In this document: positions 17,140 to 26,511 of the stretch, piece after piece
How positions within the stretch are numbered: position 1 is the stretch's first letter
Layout: the number at the start of each line of letters is the position of its first letter
Program-made: the position numbers and the translations under genes
Notes under the pieces: model-generated
Databases searched by the model: none
What the model was told of the DNA's origin: nothing
Seen by the model: the letters and a program-made list of their open reading frames with translations, nothing else
Origin: Flavobacteriales bacterium
Lineage (GTDB): Bacteria > Bacteroidota > Bacteroidia > Flavobacteriales_F > PHOS-HE28
Direction of reading: 5' to 3'
Length of the DNA stretch: 64,000 nt
Assembly (NCBI GenBank): GCA_016788485.1
Contig: JAEUSV010000031.1
Coordinates: 20,578 to 84,577, forward strand

Positions 17140-18933
17140 ATGATGACGGACCCTTTGCAGGCGCGCCTCGAACTGGCGGTGCAGCGCGCGTTCCAGGAAC
17201 TGTTCGATGCGGAGATCCCCCTGAAGCAGGTCTCCTTCCAGGCCACGCGCCCCGAGTTCGAGGGCGACGTCACCATCAACGTGTTCCCCTTCCTGAAGCA
17301 GAGCGGCAAGGGTCCTGAGCCCACCGCCACCGCCATCGGGGAGTACCTGGTGCAGGAGGAGCCCGTGGTGGCCCGCTTCAACGTGATCAAGGGCTTCCTT
17401 AACCTGGTGATCGCCGAGTCGTATTGGACCGGCTTCGTGGCCGAGGCGGCCGCGCGCGACATCCTGCAGTTCCCCTCCAACGGCAGGAGGGTGATGGTGG
17501 AGTACAGCTCACCGAACACCAACAAGCCGCTGCACCTGGGCCACCTGCGCAACAACTTCCTCGGCCACAGCGTCAGCCGCATCCTCAAGGCCGCCGGCCA
17601 CGAGGTGGTGCGCGTGCAGGTGATCAACGACCGCGGCATCCACATCTGCAAGAGCATGGTGGCCTGGCGCAAGCTGGGCAAGGGTGAGACGCCCCAGAGC
17701 AGCGGCCTCAAGGGCGACAAGCTCGTGGGCAAGTACTACGTGGAGTTCGACAAGGCCTTCAAGGCCGAGGTGGACACCTTGGTGGCGGGGGGCATGGTGC
17801 GCGAGGCCGCCGAGAAGGAGGCGCCGATCCTGCTCGAGGCCCAGGAGATGCTGCGGCAGTGGGAGGCCAACGACCCGGAGGTGCGCGCCCTGTGGGAGCG
17901 GATGAATGGCTGGGTGTACGACGGGTTCAACGCCACCTACACCCGCATGGGCGTGGAGTTCGACAAGCTCTACTACGAGAGCAACACCTACGTGCTCGGC
18001 AAGCAGGACGTGCTCGATGGCCTGGAGAAGGGCATCTTCTTCCGCAAGGAGGACGGCAGCGTGTGGGTGGACAACACGGCGGAAGGCCTGGACGAGAAGG
18101 TGCTGCTGCGCCGCGACGGCACCAGCGTGTACATGACGCAGGACATCGGCACGGCGATCCAGCGCTTCAAGGAGTTCCCCGGCCTGGCCCAGCTCACCTA
18201 CGTGGTGGGCAACGAACAGGACTACCACTTCAAGACCCTCTTCATCATCCTGCGGAAGCTCGGCTTCCCGTGGGCGCAGGACCTGCACCACCTGAGCTAC
18301 GGCATGGTGGACCTGCCCAGTGGCAAGATGAAGAGCCGCGAGGGCACCGTGGTCGACGCCGACGACCTGATCGAGGAGGTGGTGGGCGAGGCCCGCGCCA
18401 TGGGGGAGCAGCTCAGCAAGCTCGACGATTTCAGCGAGCAGGAGAAGGCCGCGCTCTTCGAGATGATCGGCCTGGCCGCGCTCAAGTACTACCTGTTGAA
18501 GGTGGACCCGAAGAAGCGCATGCTCTTCGATCCCGCGGCCAGCATCGACCTGCAGGGGCACACCGGGCCGTTCATCCAGTACACCTATGCGCGCATCCGT
18601 TCGCTGTTGCGCAAGGCGGAGGGCATGGGCACGTGGGCTTCGGACCAGCGTGGCGCATGGGACCTGCTGCCCGAGGAGCGCACGGTGATCAAGCTGCTCC
18701 ACCAATTGCCGACGGTGCTCCACGAGGCCGCGCACAAGCTCGACCCTTCCGCGCTCGCGAACCACACCTACGAACTGGTGAAGGCCTACAACAGCTTCTA
18801 CCAGGCCATTCCCGTGCTTAAGGAGGAGAGCTCGGACCGCAGGGCCTTCCGCCTTGCACTGAGCGCAGCCGTGGCCGATGCCACGAAGAAGGCCATGTGG
18901 TGCCTCGGCATCAACGTGCCGGAGCGGATGTGA
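17140..18933 (+). CDS. argS: Arginine--tRNA ligase
   Basis: VEYSSPNTNKPLHLGHLRN, GKMKSREG, GHTGPFIQYTYARI; ends PERM. Confidence 0.97.
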   Translation: MMTDPLQARLELAVQRAFQELFDAEIPLKQVSFQATRPEFEGDVTINVFPFLKQSGKGPEPTATAIGEYLVQEEPVVARFNVIKGFLNLVIAESYWTGFVAEAAARDILQFPSNGRRVMVEYSSPNTNKPLHLGHLRNNFLGHSVSRILKAAGHEVVRVQVINDRGIHICKSMVAWRKLGKGETPQSSGLKGDKLVGKYYVEFDKAFKAEVDTLVAGGMVREAAEKEAPILLEAQEMLRQWEANDPEVRALWERMNGWVYDGFNATYTRMGVEFDKLYYESNTYVLGKQDVLDGLEKGIFFRKEDGSVWVDNTAEGLDEKVLLRRDGTSVYMTQDIGTAIQRFKEFPGLAQLTYVVGNEQDYHFKTLFIILRKLGFPWAQDLHHLSYGMVDLPSGKMKSREGTVVDADDLIEEVVGEARAMGEQLSKLDDFSEQEKAALFEMIGLAALKYYLLKVDPKKRMLFDPAASIDLQGHTGPFIQYTYARIRSLLRKAEGMGTWASDQRGAWDLLPEERTVIKLLHQLPTVLHEAAHKLDPSALANHTYELVKAYNSFYQAIPVLKEESSDRRAFRLALSAAVADATKKAMWCLGINVPERM

Positions 18934-18987
18934 GCCAGGGACCAGGTCTTTTCCCGGGCCTGCACACCGCTGCGGCCTTCTCCAGGC

Positions 18988-19986
18988 CTAGAACTTCGGG
19001 CAGGGGATCGTGTGGAACTTGCGGTTCTTCTGCCGCGCGGGCCACTCGTAGGTGAGGCTGATCTCGTGCGAGCCGCCGGTCTTCAGCCCCAGCCAGTTGA
19101 TGGTGATGTCGTAGCTGTAGATGATCCGCAGCTGCCTGGAGGTCTGCAGGCCGCCCATCAGGATCACCGCATCGTCGTTGGGGTATCCGGGCTTGTAGGA
19201 CTTCAACCCGGGAAGGCCCCGGTACCACAGGCCGGCCAGCACGGGCTGGTGGTCCACGTACACGCCCAGGTCAAGCTGGTCCCAGTCCTGCTGCGCCTTG
19301 TAGTGCGCCGCCACGTTGAAGGTGCTGCGTGTGCGCGACATGCTGCGCCCATCGAGCGCCAGGCGATAGCCGGTGTGGATGCTGGTGCGGATGGGCAGGC
19401 GCACATCGCCGCCCACCATCAGCGATTGCTGCGGACGGTTGATGTGGTTGAACGAACCACCGAGCCAGATGTGCTCATCGTAGTAGAGGAAGCCCATGCT
19501 CGCATCGAAGTACGAGGTGCGCTGCAGCAGGGTGGGCTCCACCGAGGCGGGCGCACCGTCGCGGATCACCTGGTCGGCGAACAGGTAATTGCTCATGTCG
19601 GTGTAGCGCGTGGTGTAGCCCAGGCGCATGCCGAAGCGCACCGCGTGCGAGTGGTCGATGCGGGCCTCGTAGCTGTAGCTGCCGCCCACGTGCGTGAAGC
19701 TGAGGTTGTTGCTGCCGGCCTGGTCGTGCAGCACCATCAGGCCGTAGCCGCTGTGCGCCTTGGCGTTGTTGTGGTCGTAGGCCACCGCATAGGTCTCGTA
19801 GCCCGGTGCGATGCCCGGCCATTGGATGCGGTAGTTGAGCCCGATGCGGTCCTGGTACGTGTTGCCGGTGAGGGCCGGGTTCAGGTACATGGGCGCCGCG
19901 TAGAACTGCGACAGCTGGGGGTCCTGCGCGCGCACCGCGCACACCACCATCAGCACCGATACGGTCGTGAGGAGTCGTGTACGCAT
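18988..19986 (-). CDS. T9SS PorP/SprF family membrane protein
   Basis: QDPQLSQFY..P.YLNPA, NYRIQW, YSYD...GGSHEISL, CPKF end; directly downstream of a type B CTD protein. Confidence 0.92.
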   Translation of the reverse strand: MRTRLLTTVSVLMVVCAVRAQDPQLSQFYAAPMYLNPALTGNTYQDRIGLNYRIQWPGIAPGYETYAVAYDHNNAKAHSGYGLMVLHDQAGSNNLSFTHVGGSYSYEARIDHSHAVRFGMRLGYTTRYTDMSNYLFADQVIRDGAPASVEPTLLQRTSYFDASMGFLYYDEHIWLGGSFNHINRPQQSLMVGGDVRLPIRTSIHTGYRLALDGRSMSRTRSTFNVAAHYKAQQDWDQLDLGVYVDHQPVLAGLWYRGLPGLKSYKPGYPNDDAVILMGGLQTSRQLRIIYSYDITINWLGLKTGGSHEISLTYEWPARQKNRKFHTIPCPKF

Positions 19987-19988
19987 GG

Positions 19989-22900
19989 TCAACGGAACAG
20001 GGTAAGGTCACCGCGCTTCTCCACCTCCTTGTCGTCCACGAAGCGGATCCACAGCTTGTACACGTAGACATCCTGCTGGCTGAGCTGGCCGCGGTAGTAA
20101 CCGTCCCAGCCGATGTTGATGTCGTTCGATTCGAACACGAGCTCACCCCAGCGGTTGTAGATGAGCATGCGGTACTCCTTCACGAACTTCACGAAGGGGT
20201 AGAACACGTCGTTGCCGAGGTCCGTGGGGTCGTAGCTGCCGCCATTGCCGCCATTGGGGTTGGGCGTGAAGGCGTTCGGGATGGTGATGTCGTACACCGG
20301 CAGGATCTCCACGTCGTGCGCGGCCTCGCCCGTGCAGCCGCTCACATCGGTCACGGTGAGCACCACCTGGAAGGTGCCGATGTCGTCGTACGTGTGCGAG
20401 GGCGTGAGGCCCGCACCGGTGGCGCCGTCGCCGAAGGTCCAGTCGTAGGCGGTGATGCCCGTGCCCTGGTCCGCGGTGAACTGGATGGTGGGGGCGTCGA
20501 AGGTGGTGCTCCAGGGCGAAGCGCTGAAGTCGGCCGTGGGTGCGCCGTGGCCGATCACCACGCCGGTGTTGGTGGCGCTGGCGGTGCACCCGTTCGGGGT
20601 GGTGACCTGGAGCGACACGGCGTAGGTACCGGCCTGCGTGTAGGTGTGCACCGCGCCCGCGCCACCGCCGGTGCTGCCATCACCGAAATCCCACAGGTAG
20701 GTCACCGGGTCGGTGGTGAGGCTGTCGGGCATGGTCACCTCCAAGGGCACACAGCCCTCGGCGATCACCGGCGGCAACGTGATGGTGGGCGGCACCTCGA
20801 GGTCGATGGTCACCGTGGCGGTGAGCGACTGCCCGCAGCTGGTGCTGGCGATCACGGTGTAGGTGGCATCGCCGGTCACGGCCACCGCATGCGGTCCGGG
20901 GCCGGTCACACCCAGGCCGGGCCAGCTGAAGTTCACGGGGCCGGGGTAGTTGTTCACCGTGGCACCCAGGCCGGCCACGCTGCCCGGGCACTGCACGCCG
21001 CCACCGTAGGGCGCGAGCGTGGCCGTGCTGAGGTCGAGCACCGTGACGGGCAGGTTGAGCGTGGGGCCCTGGCAGCCGGCCACGTCCGTAACGGTGACCT
21101 GCACCACCTGCGAGGCCGGGAAGGAGTAGGTGACCGAGGGGCCCACACCGATGCCGCTCCACACGATCTGGTGCCCGCCCTGGCCGCCGCCGGCCTGCGC
21201 CGTGAGCACGGTGGGCGCGTTGATGCACACCGTGTCGGGCACCTGGGCCGTGAGGGTGACGGCGGGCGGCGCGGTGAGCGTGATGGTGCCCTGGGCCATG
21301 CAGCCCGCCGCATCGGTGATCACACAGTTGAAGGTGCCCGCCCCGAGGTTCACCGCGGTGGGCGTGGTCTGCCCGCCCGCGTTGGCGCTCCATTGGTAGC
21401 TGTAGCCCGGTGTGCCACCGCTGGCGTTCACCGTGGCCGAGCCGTTGCTGCCGCCGAAGCAACTGGGGGCGATGCTGTTGATGGTGGTGGCCACCAAGGC
21501 AGGGGGCGCGGTGACCTGCGCCACCATGCTCGTGTCGCAGCCGTACGCATCGGTGATCTGCAGCGTGTAGGCGCCCGAGGCGAGGTTGTTGATCACCGGC
21601 GTGGTGGCGCCGCCCGGGCTCCACAGGTAGGTGAGGCCTGCGTTCGCGGGGGAGTAGGCGGCCGTACCGGTGCTGGCGTTGCTGCACGCCGGACTGGTGG
21701 TGATGGTGGCGCCCTGGAAGCTGTTGGTGAGGGTGAGCGTCACCTGGTCGCTCACCGGCGGACAGCTCGTGTTGCCGACCGTGGTGAGGGTGAGGATGGC
21801 ATAGCCCGCGCTGATCTCGCTGGCCGAGGGGATGTACTGCACATTGAGGCCACCTCCCAGGAAGGTGCCGCCACCGCTCCACATGCCGCTCGTGGCGTTG
21901 ACGACGGCGCCCTGCATGGCCACCGGCCAATCACCGTAGCACAGCGTCATGTCGGCGCCCGCGTTCGCCTGGTTGGGCTGGCCGGCCGCGTTGATCACGG
22001 CGGTGGCCACCACGGGCGCGCAGTTGTTGGCGTCGGTGACGGTGATGCTGTACGAACCCGCACCCGCGGTGATGGAGGGCGTCGTGGCCCCGTTGCTCCA
22101 GGTATAGCTGTACGGTGAGGTGCCGCCGAGCATGGCGATCGAGGCCGTTCCGTTCAGCTGGCCGGCGCAGGTCTCATCGGTGCTCGTGAGGCTGGCGATG
22201 GTGAGCGCCTGCGGCTGAGCGATGGTCACCGGGAAGGTGCTCGTACAGCCCAGCGCATCGGTCACCGTGAGGCTGTAGGCGCCCGCGGCAAGCCCGGTGG
22301 CGAGCGGACCGGTCTGCACCGGGTTCGTGCTCCAGCCGTACGTATTGCCGGGAAGGGCCGGCGTGTAGGTGGCGCTGCCCGTGGCGGTGCCGTTGCACAG
22401 GGCGTTCACGGAGGCCACGCTGGCGTTGGTGAAGGCGTTGCTCAGGTCGATGTGCAGCAGATCGGTGGCCGTGGGACAGCCCGCAGCCGAGACCGCGCTC
22501 AGGGTGAGGTCCACGCCGCCCGCGGCGATCTCACCGGCCGTGGGCATGTACAGCACGTTAGTGCCCGTGCCCGTGATGGTGCCCGCTCCGCCGCTCCAAC
22601 CGCCCGAGGCGGCATTGGTGATCGCGCCGTTCAGGCTGATGGGCAGGCTGTTGGCGCAACCGATGAGGTCGGGCCCCGCATTGGCCGTGGGGTTCTGCGC
22701 GTTGGCGAGGATCGTGGCGCTGGCGGTGATAGGCGCGCAGCCGTTGGCATCGGTGATGGTCACCGTGTAACTGCCCGCCCCACCGACCATGGTGCTGCTG
22801 GTGGAACCGTTGCTCCAGAGGTAACTGTACGGTGCGGTACCGCCCAGCGCGGTGACCGAGGCGCTGCCGTTGTTCTGGCCAGCGCAGGTCTCGTTCACCA

Positions 22901-25502
22901 CCTGCACACCGGCCACGGTGAGCGCCTGCGGCTGACCGATGGTCACGGGGAAGGTGCTCGTGCAGCCGAGCGCGTCGGTGACGGTGAGGTTATAGCCACC
23001 AGCGGAAAGTCCGATCGCGGTTGGAACGGTCTGCACCGGGTTGGTGCTCCACGCATATGTGTTGCCGGGCAGGGCGGGGGAGTAGGTCGCGCTGCCCGTG
23101 CCGGTGCCGTAGCACTGTGCGTTGATCGCGGTGACGCTCGCGTTGAGGAAGGCGTTGCTGAGGTCGATGTGCAACAGGTCCGTGGCCGTGGGGCATCCGC
23201 TGCCGGACACAGCGCTCAGCATGAGGTCCACGCCGCCCGACGCGATCTCGCCCGCGGAAGGCATGTAGAGCACATTGGTGCCGGTGCCCGTGATGGTGCC
23301 CGCACCACCGGTCCAACCGCCGGAGGCCGCGTTGGTGATCACACCGTTCAGGCTGATGGGCAGGCTGTTGGCGCAACCGATGAGGTCGGGACCGGCATTG
23401 GCCGTGGGGTTCTGGGCGTTGGCCGCGATGGTGGCGCTTGCCGTGAGCGGAGCACAGCCTGCGGCGTCCGTGATGGTGACGGTGTAGTTGCCCGCTCCAC
23501 CGATCATGGTGCTGCTGGTGGAGCCATTGCTCCAGAGGTAGGTGTAGGGTGCCGTGCCTCCTTGCGGTGTCACGGTGGCGCTGCCGTTACCCTGGCCGGC
23601 GCAGGTCTCGTTCACCACCTGCATGTTCGCCACGCTCAAGGCCTGGGGCTGGCCGATGGTGACGGGGAAGGTGCTGCTGCAGCCGAGCGCATCGGTCACG
23701 GTGAGGGTGTAACCACCGCCGGCCAGACCGGTCGCAGTAGTGCCGGTCTGCACGGGCGAGGTGCTCCAGGCGTACGTGTTGCCGGGCAGGGCAGGGGTGT
23801 AGGTCGCGCTTCCGGTGGCGGCGCCGTTGCACGTGGCGTTCACCGCGCTCACCGAGGCGTTCACGAAGCTGTTGCTCAGGCCGATCTGCACGGCGTCCGA
23901 GGCGTTCGGACAACCGTTCCCGCTGATGGCGTTCAGCATGAGCGTGGTGCTCCCTGCAGCGATCTCGCCCGCACTGGGGGTGTACTGCACGCTGGTGCCC
24001 GTGCCGGTGAAGGTGCCGCTGCCACCGCTCCAGCTCGCACTGGCGGCATTGGTCACGGCACCGTTGAGGTTGATGGGGAAGCTGCCGCCGCACACCACAA
24101 GGTCGTTGCCGGCGTTGGCCGTGGGGGCACTGGGCGCGGTGACGATGGCCGTGGCCGGAGCGCTCTCGCACCCGTTGGCATCGGTCACCTGTACGTTGTA
24201 GGTGCCAGCTCCCACTGTGATCAGCGGGCTGTTGAAGGGCAGTGCGCCCCAATCGTACTGGTAGGGTGCCGTACCGTCGTACACGGTCACCGCCACGCTA
24301 CCGTTGTTCACGCCCTGGCAGCTAGCCGGTGTGGCCGCCGCGCTGATGAACACGCCATCGAGCACGTGGATGGTGTACGCATAGGTCTGGATGCCGGGGA
24401 TGGGGCACGCCCCGTCGTTCACGTTGATGGTGAAGGGATAGAAACCGGCGGTACCGTTACTGCCCGTCCAGCAGACCGTGCAGGTGATCGGGTTCGTCCC
24501 GCTCACGCTCATCGTGGCCCCGGGTAGCACGCTGGCCAGGTTGGTGGTGGCCGTGAGCACGTTGGCCGGGTTCACGTCGTTGATCACCAGGTCCACGCAC
24601 ATGGAAGCGCTCTCGCACACCTCGATGGTGCGCGGGCCCAGCACCACGGCGCCACCGCTGGGGTTGGTCACGGTGCCCGAGCTGGCGTTGGGGGGCACGT
24701 TGCTGCACGGGTAGGCCACGAACTGCATGTCGCGCATCACCGTGCCGATCAGGGTGCCGGTGGAATCGTACGCGTTCACCTGCACTACCACCACCCAGTT
24801 GCCTGCCTGTGTGGGCGTGAAGCTCAACAGGCCGGTCTGGGGGTTGATCGTGAGGCCCGTGATGGGCTGCTGGCCCGACCAGGGAGCATTGTAGGCCAGG
24901 ATCGAACCGTTCACGCCGCGCGCATCGATCAGCTGGTAGGTGAGGGAGTCGCCATCGCTGTCATACGCACCAAGACTGTAGGTCACGGGATAGTTGAGGC
25001 ATACGAAGGGGCTGGCGATGCTCGTGAACTGGGGGGAGTCATCACAAGGGTCCACCGTGTTGTCCAAGGTGGCCTCGATGTACATCTGCTGGTTGGCAGG
25101 CGCCGTGAGGTTGGCGATGGCACCGTTGCGGTTGCTCAATGACCAGCTGATCGTCCAGAAGTCGCAGGGGGGGAGCGTCACCACCGTCTGGTAGGCATAC
25201 TGCTGGATGCCGGGCAGCGTACCGCCGTTGCAGGTGCTGTTCGGCAGCTGCTGGCCACAGAGCTGGGACACTTCCGTGCCCACCGGCGTGTTCACTGTGC
25301 GGGTGAACGTGCTGCACGGGCTGCTGAAGTTGACGGTGTACGACGCGTTGAGGTTGATGCCGGCGCAGTCCCGGTAGATCATCAGGGTGATCCGGTACTG
25401 GTCGTTCCCCAGGCAGTCGTAGTAGATCTCGCCTCCGCTGAAGTGCGTGGCATGGGCGGAGAGCGCGATGGCGAGGCTTGCGGCGGTAAGGATGCGCTTC
25501 AT
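19989..25502 (-). CDS. Large surface adhesin (SprB-like repeats, PKD domains, T9SS type B CTD)
   Basis: 1837 aa; GGTAPY.YLWS...VTD..GC repeats; WDFGDG PKD; IPNAFTPN...IYNRWG...WDGY...VYVY CTD. Confidence 0.92.
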   Translation of the reverse strand: MKRILTAASLAIALSAHATHFSGGEIYYDCLGNDQYRITLMIYRDCAGINLNASYTVNFSSPCSTFTRTVNTPVGTEVSQLCGQQLPNSTCNGGTLPGIQQYAYQTVVTLPPCDFWTISWSLSNRNGAIANLTAPANQQMYIEATLDNTVDPCDDSPQFTSIASPFVCLNYPVTYSLGAYDSDGDSLTYQLIDARGVNGSILAYNAPWSGQQPITGLTINPQTGLLSFTPTQAGNWVVVVQVNAYDSTGTLIGTVMRDMQFVAYPCSNVPPNASSGTVTNPSGGAVVLGPRTIEVCESASMCVDLVINDVNPANVLTATTNLASVLPGATMSVSGTNPITCTVCWTGSNGTAGFYPFTINVNDGACPIPGIQTYAYTIHVLDGVFISAAATPASCQGVNNGSVAVTVYDGTAPYQYDWGALPFNSPLITVGAGTYNVQVTDANGCESAPATAIVTAPSAPTANAGNDLVVCGGSFPINLNGAVTNAASASWSGGSGTFTGTGTSVQYTPSAGEIAAGSTTLMLNAISGNGCPNASDAVQIGLSNSFVNASVSAVNATCNGAATGSATYTPALPGNTYAWSTSPVQTGTTATGLAGGGYTLTVTDALGCSSTFPVTIGQPQALSVANMQVVNETCAGQGNGSATVTPQGGTAPYTYLWSNGSTSSTMIGGAGNYTVTITDAAGCAPLTASATIAANAQNPTANAGPDLIGCANSLPISLNGVITNAASGGWTGGAGTITGTGTNVLYMPSAGEIASGGVDLMLSAVSGSGCPTATDLLHIDLSNAFLNASVTAINAQCYGTGTGSATYSPALPGNTYAWSTNPVQTVPTAIGLSAGGYNLTVTDALGCTSTFPVTIGQPQALTVAGVQVVNETCAGQNNGSASVTALGGTAPYSYLWSNGSTSSTMVGGAGSYTVTITDANGCAPITASATILANAQNPTANAGPDLIGCANSLPISLNGAITNAASGGWSGGAGTITGTGTNVLYMPTAGEIAAGGVDLTLSAVSAAGCPTATDLLHIDLSNAFTNASVASVNALCNGTATGSATYTPALPGNTYGWSTNPVQTGPLATGLAAGAYSLTVTDALGCTSTFPVTIAQPQALTIASLTSTDETCAGQLNGTASIAMLGGTSPYSYTWSNGATTPSITAGAGSYSITVTDANNCAPVVATAVINAAGQPNQANAGADMTLCYGDWPVAMQGAVVNATSGMWSGGGTFLGGGLNVQYIPSASEISAGYAILTLTTVGNTSCPPVSDQVTLTLTNSFQGATITTSPACSNASTGTAAYSPANAGLTYLWSPGGATTPVINNLASGAYTLQITDAYGCDTSMVAQVTAPPALVATTINSIAPSCFGGSNGSATVNASGGTPGYSYQWSANAGGQTTPTAVNLGAGTFNCVITDAAGCMAQGTITLTAPPAVTLTAQVPDTVCINAPTVLTAQAGGGQGGHQIVWSGIGVGPSVTYSFPASQVVQVTVTDVAGCQGPTLNLPVTVLDLSTATLAPYGGGVQCPGSVAGLGATVNNYPGPVNFSWPGLGVTGPGPHAVAVTGDATYTVIASTSCGQSLTATVTIDLEVPPTITLPPVIAEGCVPLEVTMPDSLTTDPVTYLWDFGDGSTGGGAGAVHTYTQAGTYAVSLQVTTPNGCTASATNTGVVIGHGAPTADFSASPWSTTFDAPTIQFTADQGTGITAYDWTFGDGATGAGLTPSHTYDDIGTFQVVLTVTDVSGCTGEAAHDVEILPVYDITIPNAFTPNPNGGNGGSYDPTDLGNDVFYPFVKFVKEYRMLIYNRWGELVFESNDINIGWDGYYRGQLSQQDVYVYKLWIRFVDDKEVEKRGDLTLFR
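21974..24125 (-). repeat. Three tandem 717-bp (239-aa) intragenic repeat units, followed by a partial fourth unit starting near 21974
   Basis: PTANAG starts at about 24125, 23408 and 22691 (period 717); NQANAG near 21974. Confidence 0.85.
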
Positions 25503-25576
25503 GCGGCCCGCAGTTGCCCGGTTGTGTCGGGTCTGCGGGTGTTCCTACCGATGCTGGGCTGGAAATGTTACCTGAA

Positions 25577-25608
25577 TTCGACGGAACGGTCCGGATCTTC
25601 GACGGAAC
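25577..25608 (-). promoter_or_regulatory. Perfect 11-bp direct repeat with 21-bp period, candidate transcription-factor site
   Basis: TTCGACGGAAC at 25577 and 25598, upstream of the adhesin ATG (25502). Confidence 0.6.
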
Positions 25609-25642
25609 CGCTCTTCGGGGCGCAGCGATCGGCTTGGACCGC

Positions 25643-26491
25643 TCAACGCAGAAGCCGCACCACTACCGGGAAATGGTCGCTCACCTGGCGGTCGTTCACG
25701 GCAGGATGAGGCACATCGTAGGCCACCACCTGCCAGCGCGTGGGAGAGATCAGCACGTGATCGATGCGGGGCAGGGGCGGTTCCACGGTACCAAAGCCGT
25801 TGTACGTGCCTTCCGCGGAACGGTTATCGGGGCAGGTGCTCAACAGGAACTGGCCGAGGGTGCGCACCGAGGTCTCCTCCACCGTGGCGTTGAGGTCGCC
25901 CATCAGCAGCACATCCTTGCCTGCCACGAGCACGGGGTGCAGCCGCTCCAGCAGCAGCGCGGCGCTGTTCCGCCGGGCCTCCACGCCCACATGGTCCCAA
26001 TGGGTGTTCACGACCCAGATGCTGTCGCCGCGCTGCCGGTCGCGCAGCACGGCCCATGTGGCGATGCGCACGCAGGCCGCGTCCCAGCCCCGGCTCACCG
26101 AGTCGGGCGTGGGAGAGAGCCAGAGGGTGCGCCCTTCGGCGAGCGCGAAACGGGCCGTGTCATAGTAGATCGGGCTGTGCTCGCCGGCCGCGTTGCCATC
26201 GTCGCGGCCCACGCCGAAGCGCGCATGGCCTGGCCATCGCGTGTCAAGGTCGCTGAGCTGGTTGGCCAGCACTTCCTGCAGCCCGATCACGGCAGGACGC
26301 TGTTCACGCACGAACAGGGCTAGCGCCTCCTTGCGATGGTCCCACCGGTCAGCGCCGTCCTGGGGGGTGTCGTAACGGATGTTGTAGCTCACCACCGTGA
26401 CCGTGTCCCGCTGCGCCTGGCATGCACCGGAGACCAGCAGGAACGCCGGTAGCAGCAGGTGTTCAATGCCTTTCGGCGCGAGCGGAAGCAT
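25643..26491 (-). CDS. Endonuclease/exonuclease/phosphatase family protein
   Basis: SYNIRY, GLQE, NTHWDH, LMGDLN, RIDHV, SDHFPV. Confidence 0.93.
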   Translation of the reverse strand: MLPLAPKGIEHLLLPAFLLVSGACQAQRDTVTVVSYNIRYDTPQDGADRWDHRKEALALFVREQRPAVIGLQEVLANQLSDLDTRWPGHARFGVGRDDGNAAGEHSPIYYDTARFALAEGRTLWLSPTPDSVSRGWDAACVRIATWAVLRDRQRGDSIWVVNTHWDHVGVEARRNSAALLLERLHPVLVAGKDVLLMGDLNATVEETSVRTLGQFLLSTCPDNRSAEGTYNGFGTVEPPLPRIDHVLISPTRWQVVAYDVPHPAVNDRQVSDHFPVVVRLLR

Positions 26492-26511
26492 GGTGCTGGT
26501 TGGTCAGGTGA

